Positions 1 through 10,550 are shown, counted from the first letter of the stretch. The stretch: DNA of 64,000 nt from Saccharolobus islandicus REY15A (GCF_000189555.1 NC_017276.1); one strand, 5' to 3'. A program made the numbers and translations. Notes: generated from the letters alone by a model not told the origin.

Positions 1-1
1 G

Positions 2-673
<672 letters not shown>

Positions 674-841
674 GATATAATATTTCCTTTTTCTTTTTAT
701 CTCTTTCACAATTTTTATTTTGATTCAGTGAAATCCTTGCAATAAAGGGAATATTTTATACTCTTCACTCGATGACTTTAAATTACATCCTTTTTTCTGA
801 AATCTTAAAAACTATCAAGAATACTCATTATAGAGGTAGAA

Positions 842-2674
842 TTGCCGGAACTCAAAGTTGTTGTTTCAATAAAGCAGGTCCCAGATGTGGATGAGCTAAG
901 GATTGACCCAGTAACTAATAATTTGGTAAGGGAAGGAGTACCAGCTATTATTAATCCCCCCGATTTACACGCAATAGAAGAGGCTGTTAGATTAAAGGAA
1001 AGATACGGAGCGAAAACTATAGTTATAACAATGGGTCCCCCACAAGCTGATTCAGCACTCAGGGAAGCTCTAGCTATGGGAATCGATGAGGCTTATCTCA
1101 TAAGTGATAGGGCAATGGCTGGAGCAGATACTTGGGCAACTTCATATACGATATCTAAGGCTGTTCAAAAGTTGGGCGGAGCTGATTTAATACTCTTTGG
1201 GAGAAGGGCAGTTGATGGAGAGACTGAACAAGTGGGACCTCAGACTGGAAAATGGCTTGGACTCCCAGTTATAGGTTATGTCAGTGAGATAAAGAAGTTA
1301 GAAAAGGATAAAATAATAGTAACTAGAACCACTGAATTTGATGAAGAAGTTATTGAAGCTCCTATCCCCACAGTATTAACTATGTTGGAAGTTGCGAATA
1401 AACCAAGACAACCTGATATATTAAGCCTAATTAAAGCTAAAACTGCTAAAATTACAGTATGGAACAAGGATGATATTAAGGCTGAGCCAGACAAAATTGG
1501 TTTAGCTGGATCTCCTACTAAGGTAATAAAAGTTCAACCCCCACCCAAAACTAGAAAGGCTGAAATAATAGATGGTAAAAAAGATATTGAAAAAGCTGCA
1601 AAATGGTTCTTAGATAAGATTTTCGAGTCGTTAAAAGAAGATGAGAGCACGTTAAAGGAGTATGTGAAACCTAAACCAAAGGTTAAGGTAAATGGGGAAA
1701 TTTGGGTATATATAGATCATATTGGAGAAAAACCAAATAGAGCGTCTTTTGAAATTATGGGAGAGGCAAGAAGGATTGCTGATTTAATGGATACTAGTCT
1801 TTCTGCAGTAATAGTTGGTGGTGAGGCTACTAAATCCTTAATAGATGAGACTTTTGAATATGGTGCAGATAAAGTATATTTTGTGGAAACTAAGGGATTC
1901 GATAGATATGATAATGAAGTGTATACTAGAGCATTGGCCACTGTAATAAAGAAGTACAAGCCAGAGGCAGTTTTCTTCCCAGGAACTAAAAATACGAGGG
2001 AATTAGCATCTACTACTGCAATTGAAGTAAATACTGGATTAATTGCTGATTGTACTAACTTCGATGTAGATGATAAAGGAGTTTTACTTTCAACAAGACC
2101 AGACTTCGGAGGTAAAGAGATGTCCACCATAATATGTCCTAAACATAGACCAGTGATGGTTACAGTTAGAGCTGGTGTATTTATGCCGTTACCAAGAGTG
2201 CCGGGTAAAAAGGGAGAATTAGTAAGAGAGGAGGTTGATGATCTATTCACTAGACTTAAAGTATTAGATTATAGAGTTATAGAAAAGAGAAACATCTTAG
2301 CGGAAGCAGATATAGTAGTAGGCGTAGGTAGGGGTATTAGAAGCCCAGAAAATATAAAGATGGCAGAGGAGTTAGCATCATTATTAGGTGGTGTAGTAGG
2401 AGTTTCTAAGCCATTGGCAGATATGGGTTGGTATCCTAAGGAAAGACAAGTTGGCCAAACTGGTACAACAATTAGGCCTAAAGTTTATATAGCGTTAGGA
2501 GTTTCTGGTGCAGTGCAACACTTAGTTGGCATATTATCTTCCAGAAAGATAGGGGCAATAAACTTGGACCCAAGTGCACCAATCTTCGAGAATTGCGATT
2601 TTGGAGTGGTTGGAGATATCTTCGAGATAGTACCTAAAATGGTTGAATTGCTTAAGAAAAAGGAGGTGAGTTGA
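842..2674 (+). CDS. fixAB: Fused electron transfer flavoprotein beta+alpha (FixAB/EtfBA)
   Basis: N-half KQVPD...INPPDLHAIEEA...DGETEQVG (ETF beta); C-half QVGQTGTTIRPKVYIALGVSGAVQH (ETF alpha FAD site); GAGGT ribosome site before the TTG start. Confidence 0.93.
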   Translation: MPELKVVVSIKQVPDVDELRIDPVTNNLVREGVPAIINPPDLHAIEEAVRLKERYGAKTIVITMGPPQADSALREALAMGIDEAYLISDRAMAGADTWATSYTISKAVQKLGGADLILFGRRAVDGETEQVGPQTGKWLGLPVIGYVSEIKKLEKDKIIVTRTTEFDEEVIEAPIPTVLTMLEVANKPRQPDILSLIKAKTAKITVWNKDDIKAEPDKIGLAGSPTKVIKVQPPPKTRKAEIIDGKKDIEKAAKWFLDKIFESLKEDESTLKEYVKPKPKVKVNGEIWVYIDHIGEKPNRASFEIMGEARRIADLMDTSLSAVIVGGEATKSLIDETFEYGADKVYFVETKGFDRYDNEVYTRALATVIKKYKPEAVFFPGTKNTRELASTTAIEVNTGLIADCTNFDVDDKGVLLSTRPDFGGKEMSTIICPKHRPVMVTVRAGVFMPLPRVPGKKGELVREEVDDLFTRLKVLDYRVIEKRNILAEADIVVGVGRGIRSPENIKMAEELASLLGGVVGVSKPLADMGWYPKERQVGQTGTTIRPKVYIALGVSGAVQHLVGILSSRKIGAINLDPSAPIFENCDFGVVGDIFEIVPKMVELLKKKEVS

Positions 2675-3864
2675 GAATGAAATTCGATATAGTTGTAGTT
2701 GGAGCTGGACCAGCTGGTTCATCCGCTGCCATAACAGCAGCTAGAGGAGGAGCCAAGGTTCTGTTATTAGAAAGAGGTCCAGAACCAGGCTCGAAAAACG
2801 TTTCCGGAGCAATGATAAGGTTAGAGGATTTCTCTTCAGTTTATGATATAGCTTCTATACCGATAGAGAGAAAAGTAAAGAATGTGGATTTGATCTTACT
2901 AAGTAATTCAAATAGAACGAGAATCAGTGTAAATGTTGAATCAAATTTAGCAACTGTTGCAAGGTTAAAATTAGATAAATGGATGGCTCAACAGGCAGAA
3001 AAGGCTGGAGCACTACTAATAACAAAAACGACTGTGTTAGGAGTTGAAAGGGAGGGAAATGAATATAAGGTAGAAACTGACAGGGGAGAAGTAAGGGCAG
3101 ATAGAGTAGTATTAGCTGAGGGCGTCAACGCCCTAGTTTCAATAAAAGCCAATATAAGACCTGATCTAACCCCAGATCATGCTGTGCAAACAGTTAAAGA
3201 GGTCTATAGTTTAAATAAGGATGAAGTTAATAAGCGATTTGGATTCAAGGCTGATGATGAGGGTGTGAGTTGGAGGATATTAGGGACAGACCCAGTTCCA
3301 TACGCGGGCTTTCTTTACGTATATAAGGATGCAGTGGCAATAGGTGCCGGAATTCCGATGAAGATACTTATAAAGAGAAAAATAACACCTTATACTGTAT
3401 TAGATGAGGTCAAGGAGAGATTGGGCTTTAACGAGTTGGTCAAAGGAGCGTCACTCAGAGAGTACTCTGCAAAGGTTATACCAGAATATGGGTTCCCATC
3501 TTGGAAAGCTTGTTCAGGTAAGGTTTATTTGGCTGGAGATGCAATAGGTCTGGTGGATCCATTAACATTTAATGGTATAGGTCCCGCAGTGGCCTCTGGA
3601 GTAGTTGCAGGGAAGGCAGCGTTAGAATCTTATGAATGCAGTAAATATGAAAGTGAATTGATGAAAAATAGGGAAGTTAGAAGAGTTGTGAATGGCAGAC
3701 CATTAGTGAAGGAGTTAATAGAGGAGGAGAACTTCAAATATTATGTGAAAACAATTAATGATCTTCTGCACGGTTGGGTTTACAGTGACTTTTCTAAAGT
3801 TAAATTGGACACGGCTAAACTACTTAAACACTTATTATTGGGTATGGGGGTATTTAAGTCATGA
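2671..3864 (+). CDS. fixC: FixC-like FAD-dependent oxidoreductase (ETF:quinone oxidoreductase type)
   Basis: GAGPAG Rossmann motif, ERG..PGSKNVSG, LAGDA; lies between fixAB and fixX with overlapping start/stop codons. Confidence 0.9.
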   Translation: MRMKFDIVVVGAGPAGSSAAITAARGGAKVLLLERGPEPGSKNVSGAMIRLEDFSSVYDIASIPIERKVKNVDLILLSNSNRTRISVNVESNLATVARLKLDKWMAQQAEKAGALLITKTTVLGVEREGNEYKVETDRGEVRADRVVLAEGVNALVSIKANIRPDLTPDHAVQTVKEVYSLNKDEVNKRFGFKADDEGVSWRILGTDPVPYAGFLYVYKDAVAIGAGIPMKILIKRKITPYTVLDEVKERLGFNELVKGASLREYSAKVIPEYGFPSWKACSGKVYLAGDAIGLVDPLTFNGIGPAVASGVVAGKAALESYECSKYESELMKNREVRRVVNGRPLVKELIEEENFKYYVKTINDLLHGWVYSDFSKVKLDTAKLLKHLLLGMGVFKS

Positions 3865-4148
3865 GAGTAGAGGAAAAACTTTACACTTTAAGATATAAAA
3901 AAGACGAGCAACCTCATTTAGCCATAATCGATCCCAATAAATGTCTTAAATGTGAAGAAGTTAACGGAGTTCCCCAACCTTGTATTGCAGTCTGCCCTGC
4001 AAACGTCTACTCATGGATAGATAAAAGAATTGTAGTATCGTATGAGAATTGTGTGGAATGTGGTGCTTGTAGGATTGCTTGTCCCTATTCTAACATCTCT
4101 TGGAAGTATCCAAGGTATGGGTTAGGCATAGCATTAAGGTATGGTTAA
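3861..4148 (+). CDS. fixX: FixX-like ferredoxin
   Basis: CLKC...CIAVCPANVY...CVECGACRIACP; last gene of the fixABCX operon. Confidence 0.92.
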   Translation: MRVEEKLYTLRYKKDEQPHLAIIDPNKCLKCEEVNGVPQPCIAVCPANVYSWIDKRIVVSYENCVECGACRIACPYSNISWKYPRYGLGIALRYG

Positions 4149-5083
4149 AATTCGGGGTATAATCGCCTAATCCCTCTCACTTCCAATAAGTACACTTTTT
4201 TATCTTCCATTGCCCATTCAATATTTATATTTCTCTTAAATATATTTTCTACAGCTATAACCATGTTTGCAATCCTTATGGCATCATTATCACTTAGGCT
4301 TTCAGCTGATGCTTCCTCCTTACTCAGTTCTACGCTCTTTATCTTTCTGTCCTCGAAATCGTAAGTTAGTTTCATGACCTTCTCAGAAATCCTTTTACTT
4401 ACCAGTGATCTAGTAGTCTTGCTCACTATATATTGATCTGGAGTGACCATGCCTCTTGTTACACTTTCGCCTAGACCAAAAGATGACTCTATAAATACGT
4501 AGTCTGGTTCTTCAGTTATGGGATGTATTGAGAACGCAGTCCCTGCACTAACCGGGTTTATCATTGTTTGGACGAAAATTGCCATTCCAGCTTCATTATG
4601 AGTCAGAATTCTATAAGCTATTGCCCTTGGGTTAAAATACGACGCAATAACTCTCTTAATACTCGGAATGAGATTTTCCTTAGTAACAAATAAATCGGTT
4701 TCATACTCACCAGCGAAACTTGCACCACTTAAGGGAGATGTGGCTGTAGCCCTTACTGCGACGTATTTTGAACCCAGTTGAGAGAATCTCTCGTATATTT
4801 CTTTTTCCATTTCCTCAGGTAATTTCGACATTATGATCATGTTTTTGATCATTTCACTTTTCTTTTCGAGATCTGTCGTATCATTTAGATTAACAGAAGA
4901 TAGTATTCCTCTTATTTCATCGTCCAGATCTTTAATCGCCTCATTTACTCCTCTTGACGACACTATGAACCCTTTAGGGACGTTGAATCCCATCTTATAT
5001 AATTCGCCTAGGTAGGCACTTTTTCTACCTACAATTGAAACCATGGATAAACTAACTTCCTCTAGCAAGTATGTATAATTCAT
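4145..5083 (-). CDS. PEP synthase/PPDK N-terminal (ATP-grasp) domain-only protein
   Basis: VGRKSAYLGEL, VPKGF, SFAGEYET, SAGTAFS, GLGESVT, IEWA...LLEVR match the PPDK_N domain; ends at 312 aa with no phospho-His or pyruvate-binding domain. Confidence 0.85.
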   Translation of the reverse strand: MNYTYLLEEVSLSMVSIVGRKSAYLGELYKMGFNVPKGFIVSSRGVNEAIKDLDDEIRGILSSVNLNDTTDLEKKSEMIKNMIIMSKLPEEMEKEIYERFSQLGSKYVAVRATATSPLSGASFAGEYETDLFVTKENLIPSIKRVIASYFNPRAIAYRILTHNEAGMAIFVQTMINPVSAGTAFSIHPITEEPDYVFIESSFGLGESVTRGMVTPDQYIVSKTTRSLVSKRISEKVMKLTYDFEDRKIKSVELSKEEASAESLSDNDAIRIANMVIAVENIFKRNINIEWAMEDKKVYLLEVRGIRRLYPEF

Positions 5084-5145
5084 AAGTTACATTTTGATAG
5101 ATAGGTTTAAAATACTACCTATTAATAATGTTAAAAAGTTATCAT

Positions 5146-5919
5146 CTAATATATTCTTTCATCATGAGTGTAAATGTTGAAACTTTTTCCCCGTAGAAAA
5201 CCTATAAGAGTTAGTCCAGCTTCTTCGGCAATTTCAATAGCTAGGCTAGTAGGAGCTGAAATTCCACATACTATCGGTATTCCCGCTTTTATCCCTTTGC
5301 TAACGATCTCATATCCTAATCTTCCGCTAACTTGCATAATGTAATTACTTGCTGGAACCTTATCCTCTAATAGAAGTTTACCAACTACCTTATCAACAGC
5401 ATTATGTCTCCCCACATCCTCATATATAAGCAATAATTCTCCGTGAGGATCAAATAACGCCGTAGCGTGGAGACCTCCGCTAATGTTAAACACACTCTGT
5501 TTCTCCCTCAATTTTTCTGGAAACGAGAAAATCAGCTCTTTTTTGACTTTCAGATCCGATTTAAGTATATTTAACGTATATAGAAAAGCTCTACCACAAA
5601 CTCCACAACTTGAATTTACAATTATGTCCCTTATTCTTACTTTAACTGGCTTATTTAATCTAACCTCGACAGCATTATTCTTAATTTGCTCAATACTCTC
5701 AACGTCATGAATAGAGTTTATTACACCTTCAGAATATAAAAAACCTAAGGAAAGTTCTTTATCATCCCCTGGTGTTCTCATTATTATGGCGAAATCTTCA
5801 CACTTTTCAAAACAAACCCTTATATTTAATGGTTCCTCTACTGCAACGAAATCGCTATCCTTATATTCCTCATTCTCCTTAACCCTTACTAAGTTAAACC
5901 TCTTTACTTGCACTTCCAA
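5146..5919 (-). CDS. fdhD: Formate dehydrogenase accessory sulfurtransferase FdhD
   Basis: VAVEEPL, MRTPG, SSCGVCG, GGLHATA, EDVGRHNAVDK, SAPTSLA motifs; last gene of the fdh operon. Confidence 0.95.
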   Translation of the reverse strand: MEVQVKRFNLVRVKENEEYKDSDFVAVEEPLNIRVCFEKCEDFAIIMRTPGDDKELSLGFLYSEGVINSIHDVESIEQIKNNAVEVRLNKPVKVRIRDIIVNSSCGVCGRAFLYTLNILKSDLKVKKELIFSFPEKLREKQSVFNISGGLHATALFDPHGELLLIYEDVGRHNAVDKVVGKLLLEDKVPASNYIMQVSGRLGYEIVSKGIKAGIPIVCGISAPTSLAIEIAEEAGLTLIGFLRGKSFNIYTHDERIY

Positions 5920-6250
5920 TCGCCTTAAGTATCTTTAGTAATAAATATAGTCCTCTCTTTACGTCTGGATCGTTAAGCTGTTTAATTAATTCAGTTAAAC
6001 TAATATCCTTAGCTTCCTCTTTCCCACTAAGTACACCATATATTACATTAACATTTCTTATCAACATTGCGTTTTGCTCGGCTAAAAAGGCTAAATTTTG
6101 GTCAAGACTATTCGCAATTCCTACTAGCAACGGTAAGATTCCAGTCTTTTGCAGAGCGTTAATGAGTTTCAAAAAAGACTCTATAGCCTCTCTACTCTCA
6201 ATTAACTGTTCAATTAACTTGTCAATGGTTTGAATTCCTCCCTCTTCCAT
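5894..6250 (-). CDS. DUF1641-like protein (YrhD/YjgD-type FDH partner)
   Basis: Helical protein with C-terminal SLTELIKQLNDPDVKRGL; located between fdh alpha and fdhD as in Bacillus yrhED/yjgCD. Confidence 0.8.
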   Translation of the reverse strand: MEEGGIQTIDKLIEQLIESREAIESFLKLINALQKTGILPLLVGIANSLDQNLAFLAEQNAMLIRNVNVIYGVLSGKEEAKDISLTELIKQLNDPDVKRGLYLLLKILKAIGSASKEV

Positions 6251-9144
6251 TTCTTCTCCACCTCTATACCTATTTGTCTTCTCCTTTCATTCACGTGAAA
6301 TCTCCAATTATCTAAGGGTAAGGGGCTCTCACCCTTGCCCTCTTCTATTTTCTCGATAACAACCGGCGTATCCTTATACCCTGGAGTGCCACTAGCCTTA
6401 TCTATCACTAACCCAGTTAAGTTATTTACACCTTTGGAAGGATCTGATGCATATAGAGGTATAAAGATCTCCTCGCCCTCTACCCTATCACTAACTATAG
6501 CCCTCGCTCTAATTTCTCCACCGAATTTGGACTTAACAAGCACAAGGTCACCGTCTTTGATGGAGTACTTAGAGGCTAACTCTTTAGAGACCTCTACAAA
6601 TGTCTCTGGAACTTTTCTCCTCAAACCCTCAACTCTCCTAGTCATATTACCTACATGGAAGTGCTCTAATACCCTTCCAGTATTTACAGTCACTTTGTGA
6701 ACTTCATCCTTTAGTTCTGGTGGCTTCCAGGTTAATGGATAAAGTATAGCCTTACCATCTTTAGTAGCAAAGGCATTTGTATAAAGCAACGGGATATCGC
6801 TTCCATCCTCATTAACTGGCCATAATAGGCTATTAAACCCTTCTAATCTTGAATAGCTAACTCCAGCGAATATAGGACATAGTTTAGCTATCTCATCCAT
6901 TATCTCTGCTGGATGTTTATAGCTCCAATTTGCTCCTAATGCGTTAGCAACCATTTGTATTATTTCCCAGTCAGGTTTAGAATCACCCATTGGTTCCATA
7001 GCCTTGTAAAACCTTTGTATTCTCCTTTCGGTATTAACGAATGTACCATCCTTCTCTAGGCTAGCAGCTGCGGGCAATATTACATCAGCTAGCTTTGCAG
7101 TCTCAGTCATGAACATATCTTGTACCACTAGGAAGTCTACTTTCTCTAAAGCTTGTTTAGTTAAAGGAGTTCCACAATCAACCATTACAGTATCCTCGCC
7201 AACTATATATAACGCGTGAATTTTTCCCTCTAGTACACCTTCGATCATCTGTGGTATCTGTAATCCAGCTTTTCTGTTTAACTTAACACCCCAAGCTTCC
7301 TCGAATTTCCCTATTATGTTTTCATCCTCTAGTTTTTGATATCCGGGTAAATAATTAGGTAAACAACCGAAATCACTAACTCCTTGAACGTTATTATGAC
7401 CTCTCATTGGGAATGCCCCACTACCCGGCTTCCCGTAATTTCCAGTTATGAGCAATAGGTCTGAAATTATCGTTGAAGTATCAGCTCCGCCTAAATGTTG
7501 AGTTACTCCCATTCCCCATAGCACTGCTACACTACTTGCATTATGAACCATTTCAGCAAGTTTAACTATTTGCTCTCTAGGAACACCGGTTATACTTTCC
7601 ACATAATCTAATGTGAATCCCTTTATGGATTCCTTAAACTCCTCAAAGCCATTAACCTTCTTATCGATAAATTCCTTATCAACCCATCCTTGATCAATAA
7701 GGTATTTAGTAACACTAGCTAAGACTGCTGCGTCAGTACCAGGCTTAGGTTTGATAAACAAGTCAGCCTTTTCAGCGATCTCGTGTTTCCTAACGTCGAT
7801 TACCACAATCTTTGAACCCTTAATCTTCTTAGCCCTCTTTACCTTACTTCCTATCACGGGATGACTCTCAGTGGTATTGTGTCCAACAATTATAATTAGG
7901 TTAGCGTTTTCAATGTCCTTAATTGTACCCGAATCAGCGCCTATTCCCACTGTTCTCCATAATCCAATTGTTGCTGGAGCTTGACAATATCTTGCTGAGT
8001 TATCTACATTATTAGTACCTATTACAGCCCTTGATAATTTCTGCAGTAGATAAGCCTCTTCATTGCTCATCTTATCCGATGCTATGAAGCCAATGGAATC
8101 TGGACCATACTTCTCCTTAATTTCCTTTAACCTTTTAACTATATATGAAATGGCCTCATCCCAACTAGCTTCTCTAAACCTATCTCCTTCCCTTATTAAA
8201 GGCTTAGTAATTCTCTCTGGACTATTTACGAAATCCCATCCAAACTTACCCTTTACGCAAGTTAGAATACCATTTGCAGGAGATTCTGGTTTTGGCTCAA
8301 CTTTTAATATCTTTCTACCCTTAGTCCAAACCTCAAATGAGCATCCAACACCACAGTATATACACACTGTTTTAGTCTTTTTTATTTGCGAACTTCTAGC
8401 ATTAGCCTCAATTTCACTAAAAGTCATTAATAAGCTAAAGTTATCCTCAGCTTTCCCTATAGCCTCTATTGCCTTTTTCTTTAAATCATTATTAATCCAA
8501 GTGAGATAGCCAGCCTCCCCTACCATTGACTTCTCCATTAATGCGTTAACTGGGCAAACAGTAACACATGTACCGCAATTCACGCATGAGGAGTTACCTA
8601 TTGGATTACCATTATCCCAAACTACCCTTGGGGGATTGAGATCCCAATTAATCCATATTACCTCGTTTACTGCAAAATCTTGGCAAGCCTCAACACATCT
8701 TCCACATAATATACATTGAGATGGATCATATACATAGAAGGGTCCACTATCGTCAACTTGATAAGGCCTTTCAATGTACTTCTGAGAGTTAATATTCAAT
8801 TTTATTACAGACTCGTGAAGAACGCAATCCCCATTATTATTTTCACACATACTGCAGTACAACTTATGATATCTCAGTATCCTTGAGATTGCGGTCTTCC
8901 TTGCTTCCATAGCTCTTTTAGAGTTGACTGAAATGTTAATTCCATCCTTGACTCTTGTTGAACAAGCTCTAACTAGTTTCCCATTAACCTCAACTAGGCA
9001 GGAATCACAGCTTTCTATGGGAACTAGTCCTTCATTGTAACATATGTGTGGAATGTAAATGCCATTCCTCTTTAGGACTGATAAAATTGTCTCTCCTTCG
9101 TTAGCTACAATCTCTTTATTATCTATAGCTAGTTTTATTGACAC
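6214..9144 (-). CDS. fdhF: Formate dehydrogenase alpha subunit-like molybdoenzyme (FdhF/YrhE type)
   Basis: N-terminal 2Fe-2S and 4Fe-4S Cys motifs, CIYCGVGC...CVKG, SARYCQ Mo-ligand region, RGHNNVQG, NTERRIQ. GTG at 9144 preferred over ATG 9153 because TTTTTAAG lies at -23..-30. Confidence 0.93.
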   Translation of the reverse strand: MSIKLAIDNKEIVANEGETILSVLKRNGIYIPHICYNEGLVPIESCDSCLVEVNGKLVRACSTRVKDGINISVNSKRAMEARKTAISRILRYHKLYCSMCENNNGDCVLHESVIKLNINSQKYIERPYQVDDSGPFYVYDPSQCILCGRCVEACQDFAVNEVIWINWDLNPPRVVWDNGNPIGNSSCVNCGTCVTVCPVNALMEKSMVGEAGYLTWINNDLKKKAIEAIGKAEDNFSLLMTFSEIEANARSSQIKKTKTVCIYCGVGCSFEVWTKGRKILKVEPKPESPANGILTCVKGKFGWDFVNSPERITKPLIREGDRFREASWDEAISYIVKRLKEIKEKYGPDSIGFIASDKMSNEEAYLLQKLSRAVIGTNNVDNSARYCQAPATIGLWRTVGIGADSGTIKDIENANLIIIVGHNTTESHPVIGSKVKRAKKIKGSKIVVIDVRKHEIAEKADLFIKPKPGTDAAVLASVTKYLIDQGWVDKEFIDKKVNGFEEFKESIKGFTLDYVESITGVPREQIVKLAEMVHNASSVAVLWGMGVTQHLGGADTSTIISDLLLITGNYGKPGSGAFPMRGHNNVQGVSDFGCLPNYLPGYQKLEDENIIGKFEEAWGVKLNRKAGLQIPQMIEGVLEGKIHALYIVGEDTVMVDCGTPLTKQALEKVDFLVVQDMFMTETAKLADVILPAAASLEKDGTFVNTERRIQRFYKAMEPMGDSKPDWEIIQMVANALGANWSYKHPAEIMDEIAKLCPIFAGVSYSRLEGFNSLLWPVNEDGSDIPLLYTNAFATKDGKAILYPLTWKPPELKDEVHKVTVNTGRVLEHFHVGNMTRRVEGLRRKVPETFVEVSKELASKYSIKDGDLVLVKSKFGGEIRARAIVSDRVEGEEIFIPLYASDPSKGVNNLTGLVIDKASGTPGYKDTPVVIEKIEEGKGESPLPLDNWRFHVNERRRQIGIEVEKKWKREEFKPLTS

Positions 9145-9179
9145 AAAAATCATCTCTTGTGGGACTCTTAAAAAGTTTC

Positions 9180-9347
9180 TTAACTAAAATTTTCAGGAGT
9201 TAAAAATAAGGGGCTTGATAAATTACTTACATGGGTGCACGCTATTAGGGTACATTTCTCCTCATTTTCACATTCAAATATTCCGTAACCCGAATGACAG
9301 ATTGACGTCTTTCGTATTGTATAATATTTTCCTTTTTTAGGATACAT
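9180..9347 (-). CDS. Small Cys/His-rich hypothetical protein (55 aa), below the ORF-track cutoff
   Basis: Hand translation MYPKKGKYYTIRKTSICHSGYGIFECENEEKCTLIACTHVSNLSSPLFLTPENFS; TTTATATA at -23..-30 of the ATG fits a leaderless transcript; fills an otherwise empty intergenic gap. Confidence 0.5.
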   Translation of the reverse strand: MYPKKGKYYTIRKTSICHSGYGIFECENEEKCTLIACTHVSNLSSPLFLTPENFS

Positions 9348-9426
9348 AATCTACATTACTTTATACACATATATAAATCTTTATTATTAATTTTGGAAAT
9401 TTTCCTATTAAAAATGGCCATTTAAG

Positions 9427-9903
9427 TCATAAAAAGTAATATAGATCCAAATAGACTACCACGAGATACATTATTATCCAAACTAAAGGGATGACGTATT
9501 TAAATAGTATTGGATTTTTGATACCTTTTGAAAGTAATAATGACCCAAATCCAGAGACGGTATGCAAGATGAAGAATAGTGCCAATGGAATTATTATAGC
9601 TAGATGTAATTCTAAAGAGTTTCCTCTATTTAACAAGTTAAAAGTTAATGTACTAATTATATTTGAAGTTTGTGGACCTGCGCCGAATCCCGAAATACCC
9701 TCTAAGATTGATAATATTAGTAGGACTATTGACGTATTTTTTCGAAAATTAGGGCTGTAAATCGAATCCTTAAAAGTTGGGTTAAAGGCCTTAGTAGAAG
9801 ATATGGAACCTATCATTAGTCCTAATATCCAAACTGGTTGGTAAATTAACGTAAATGATGGAATTATTGCCGAAATAATCATTCCAATGTTACTTTTTCG
9901 CAT
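9427..9903 (-). CDS. Membrane protein with two intramembrane His (possible b-heme partner of the Mo enzyme)
   Basis: About 4 hydrophobic segments, ELHL and ILHT; start overlaps the stop of the upstream Mo-enzyme gene. Confidence 0.7.
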   Translation of the reverse strand: MRKSNIGMIISAIIPSFTLIYQPVWILGLMIGSISSTKAFNPTFKDSIYSPNFRKNTSIVLLILSILEGISGFGAGPQTSNIISTLTFNLLNRGNSLELHLAIIIPLALFFILHTVSGFGSLLLSKGIKNPILFKYVIPLVWIIMYLVVVYLDLYYFL

Positions 9904-10519
9904 AATCAGGGTACCCCAGAGATTCCCAATAGCCTAAAATGTTTTTAGATGTGAAATGAAGCCTAACTAGCCATTTAATGTAAGTATAACCCCACCATCC
10001 TGGTACTGAAAGCCTAACTGGATATCCATGAACTTGTGGCAGTGGTTTACCATCAGCCATGTAAGTTACTAGCACATTTGGATCATTTGCCTTTTCTATA
10101 GGCAAATCTGCAGTGTAGCCATCAGCACCGTAACCAACTACTTTTATTACACTAGGCTTAGGTTTAACTATTTCGATTATATTGCTCAATGGTACTCCCT
10201 TCCAAACTACATTTGCTCTGAGAAAATAGGGGTCCGAAACGCATTGTATCGTATCCTTAACCTCAATTGAAGGCATGTTAAGTAAATTTTGATAAGTTAA
10301 TTGTACCGGGTTCTCGACATCACCATCCACCGTTAAAACATAGTTATTTAGTAGAATATCTGGTACGATTTGACTATATTGAACTACATACCAAGAACCA
10401 AATGGTGTTAAACCATTTTGAGCATGTTGCATTTCACTAATTGATAATCTACCCAAGACCAACAACGATGATGATATGAGGAGTAATTTTAAGAAATTCC
10501 TCCTATTTGTTAGCTTCAC
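9890..10519 (-). CDS. Tat-exported sulfite-oxidase-family molybdopterin oxidoreductase (MsrP/YuiH-like)
   Basis: TNRRNFLK twin-arginine signal; IQCVS Mo-ligand Cys; WKGVPL, ADGY, HGYPVRL.VPGWWG..YIKWL motifs. Confidence 0.9.
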   Translation of the reverse strand: MKLTNRRNFLKLLLISSSLLVLGRLSISEMQHAQNGLTPFGSWYVVQYSQIVPDILLNNYVLTVDGDVENPVQLTYQNLLNMPSIEVKDTIQCVSDPYFLRANVVWKGVPLSNIIEIVKPKPSVIKVVGYGADGYTADLPIEKANDPNVLVTYMADGKPLPQVHGYPVRLSVPGWWGYTYIKWLVRLHFTSKNILGYWESLGYPDYAKK

Positions 10520-10550
10520 AAGTGAAATAGCAAGGTTAAGCTATTAAGGA

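Noticed and set aside
6214-9153. Selenocysteine or stop-codon readthrough in the formate dehydrogenase
   Set aside because: The Mo-ligand position is a normal TGT Cys and there is no in-frame TGA.
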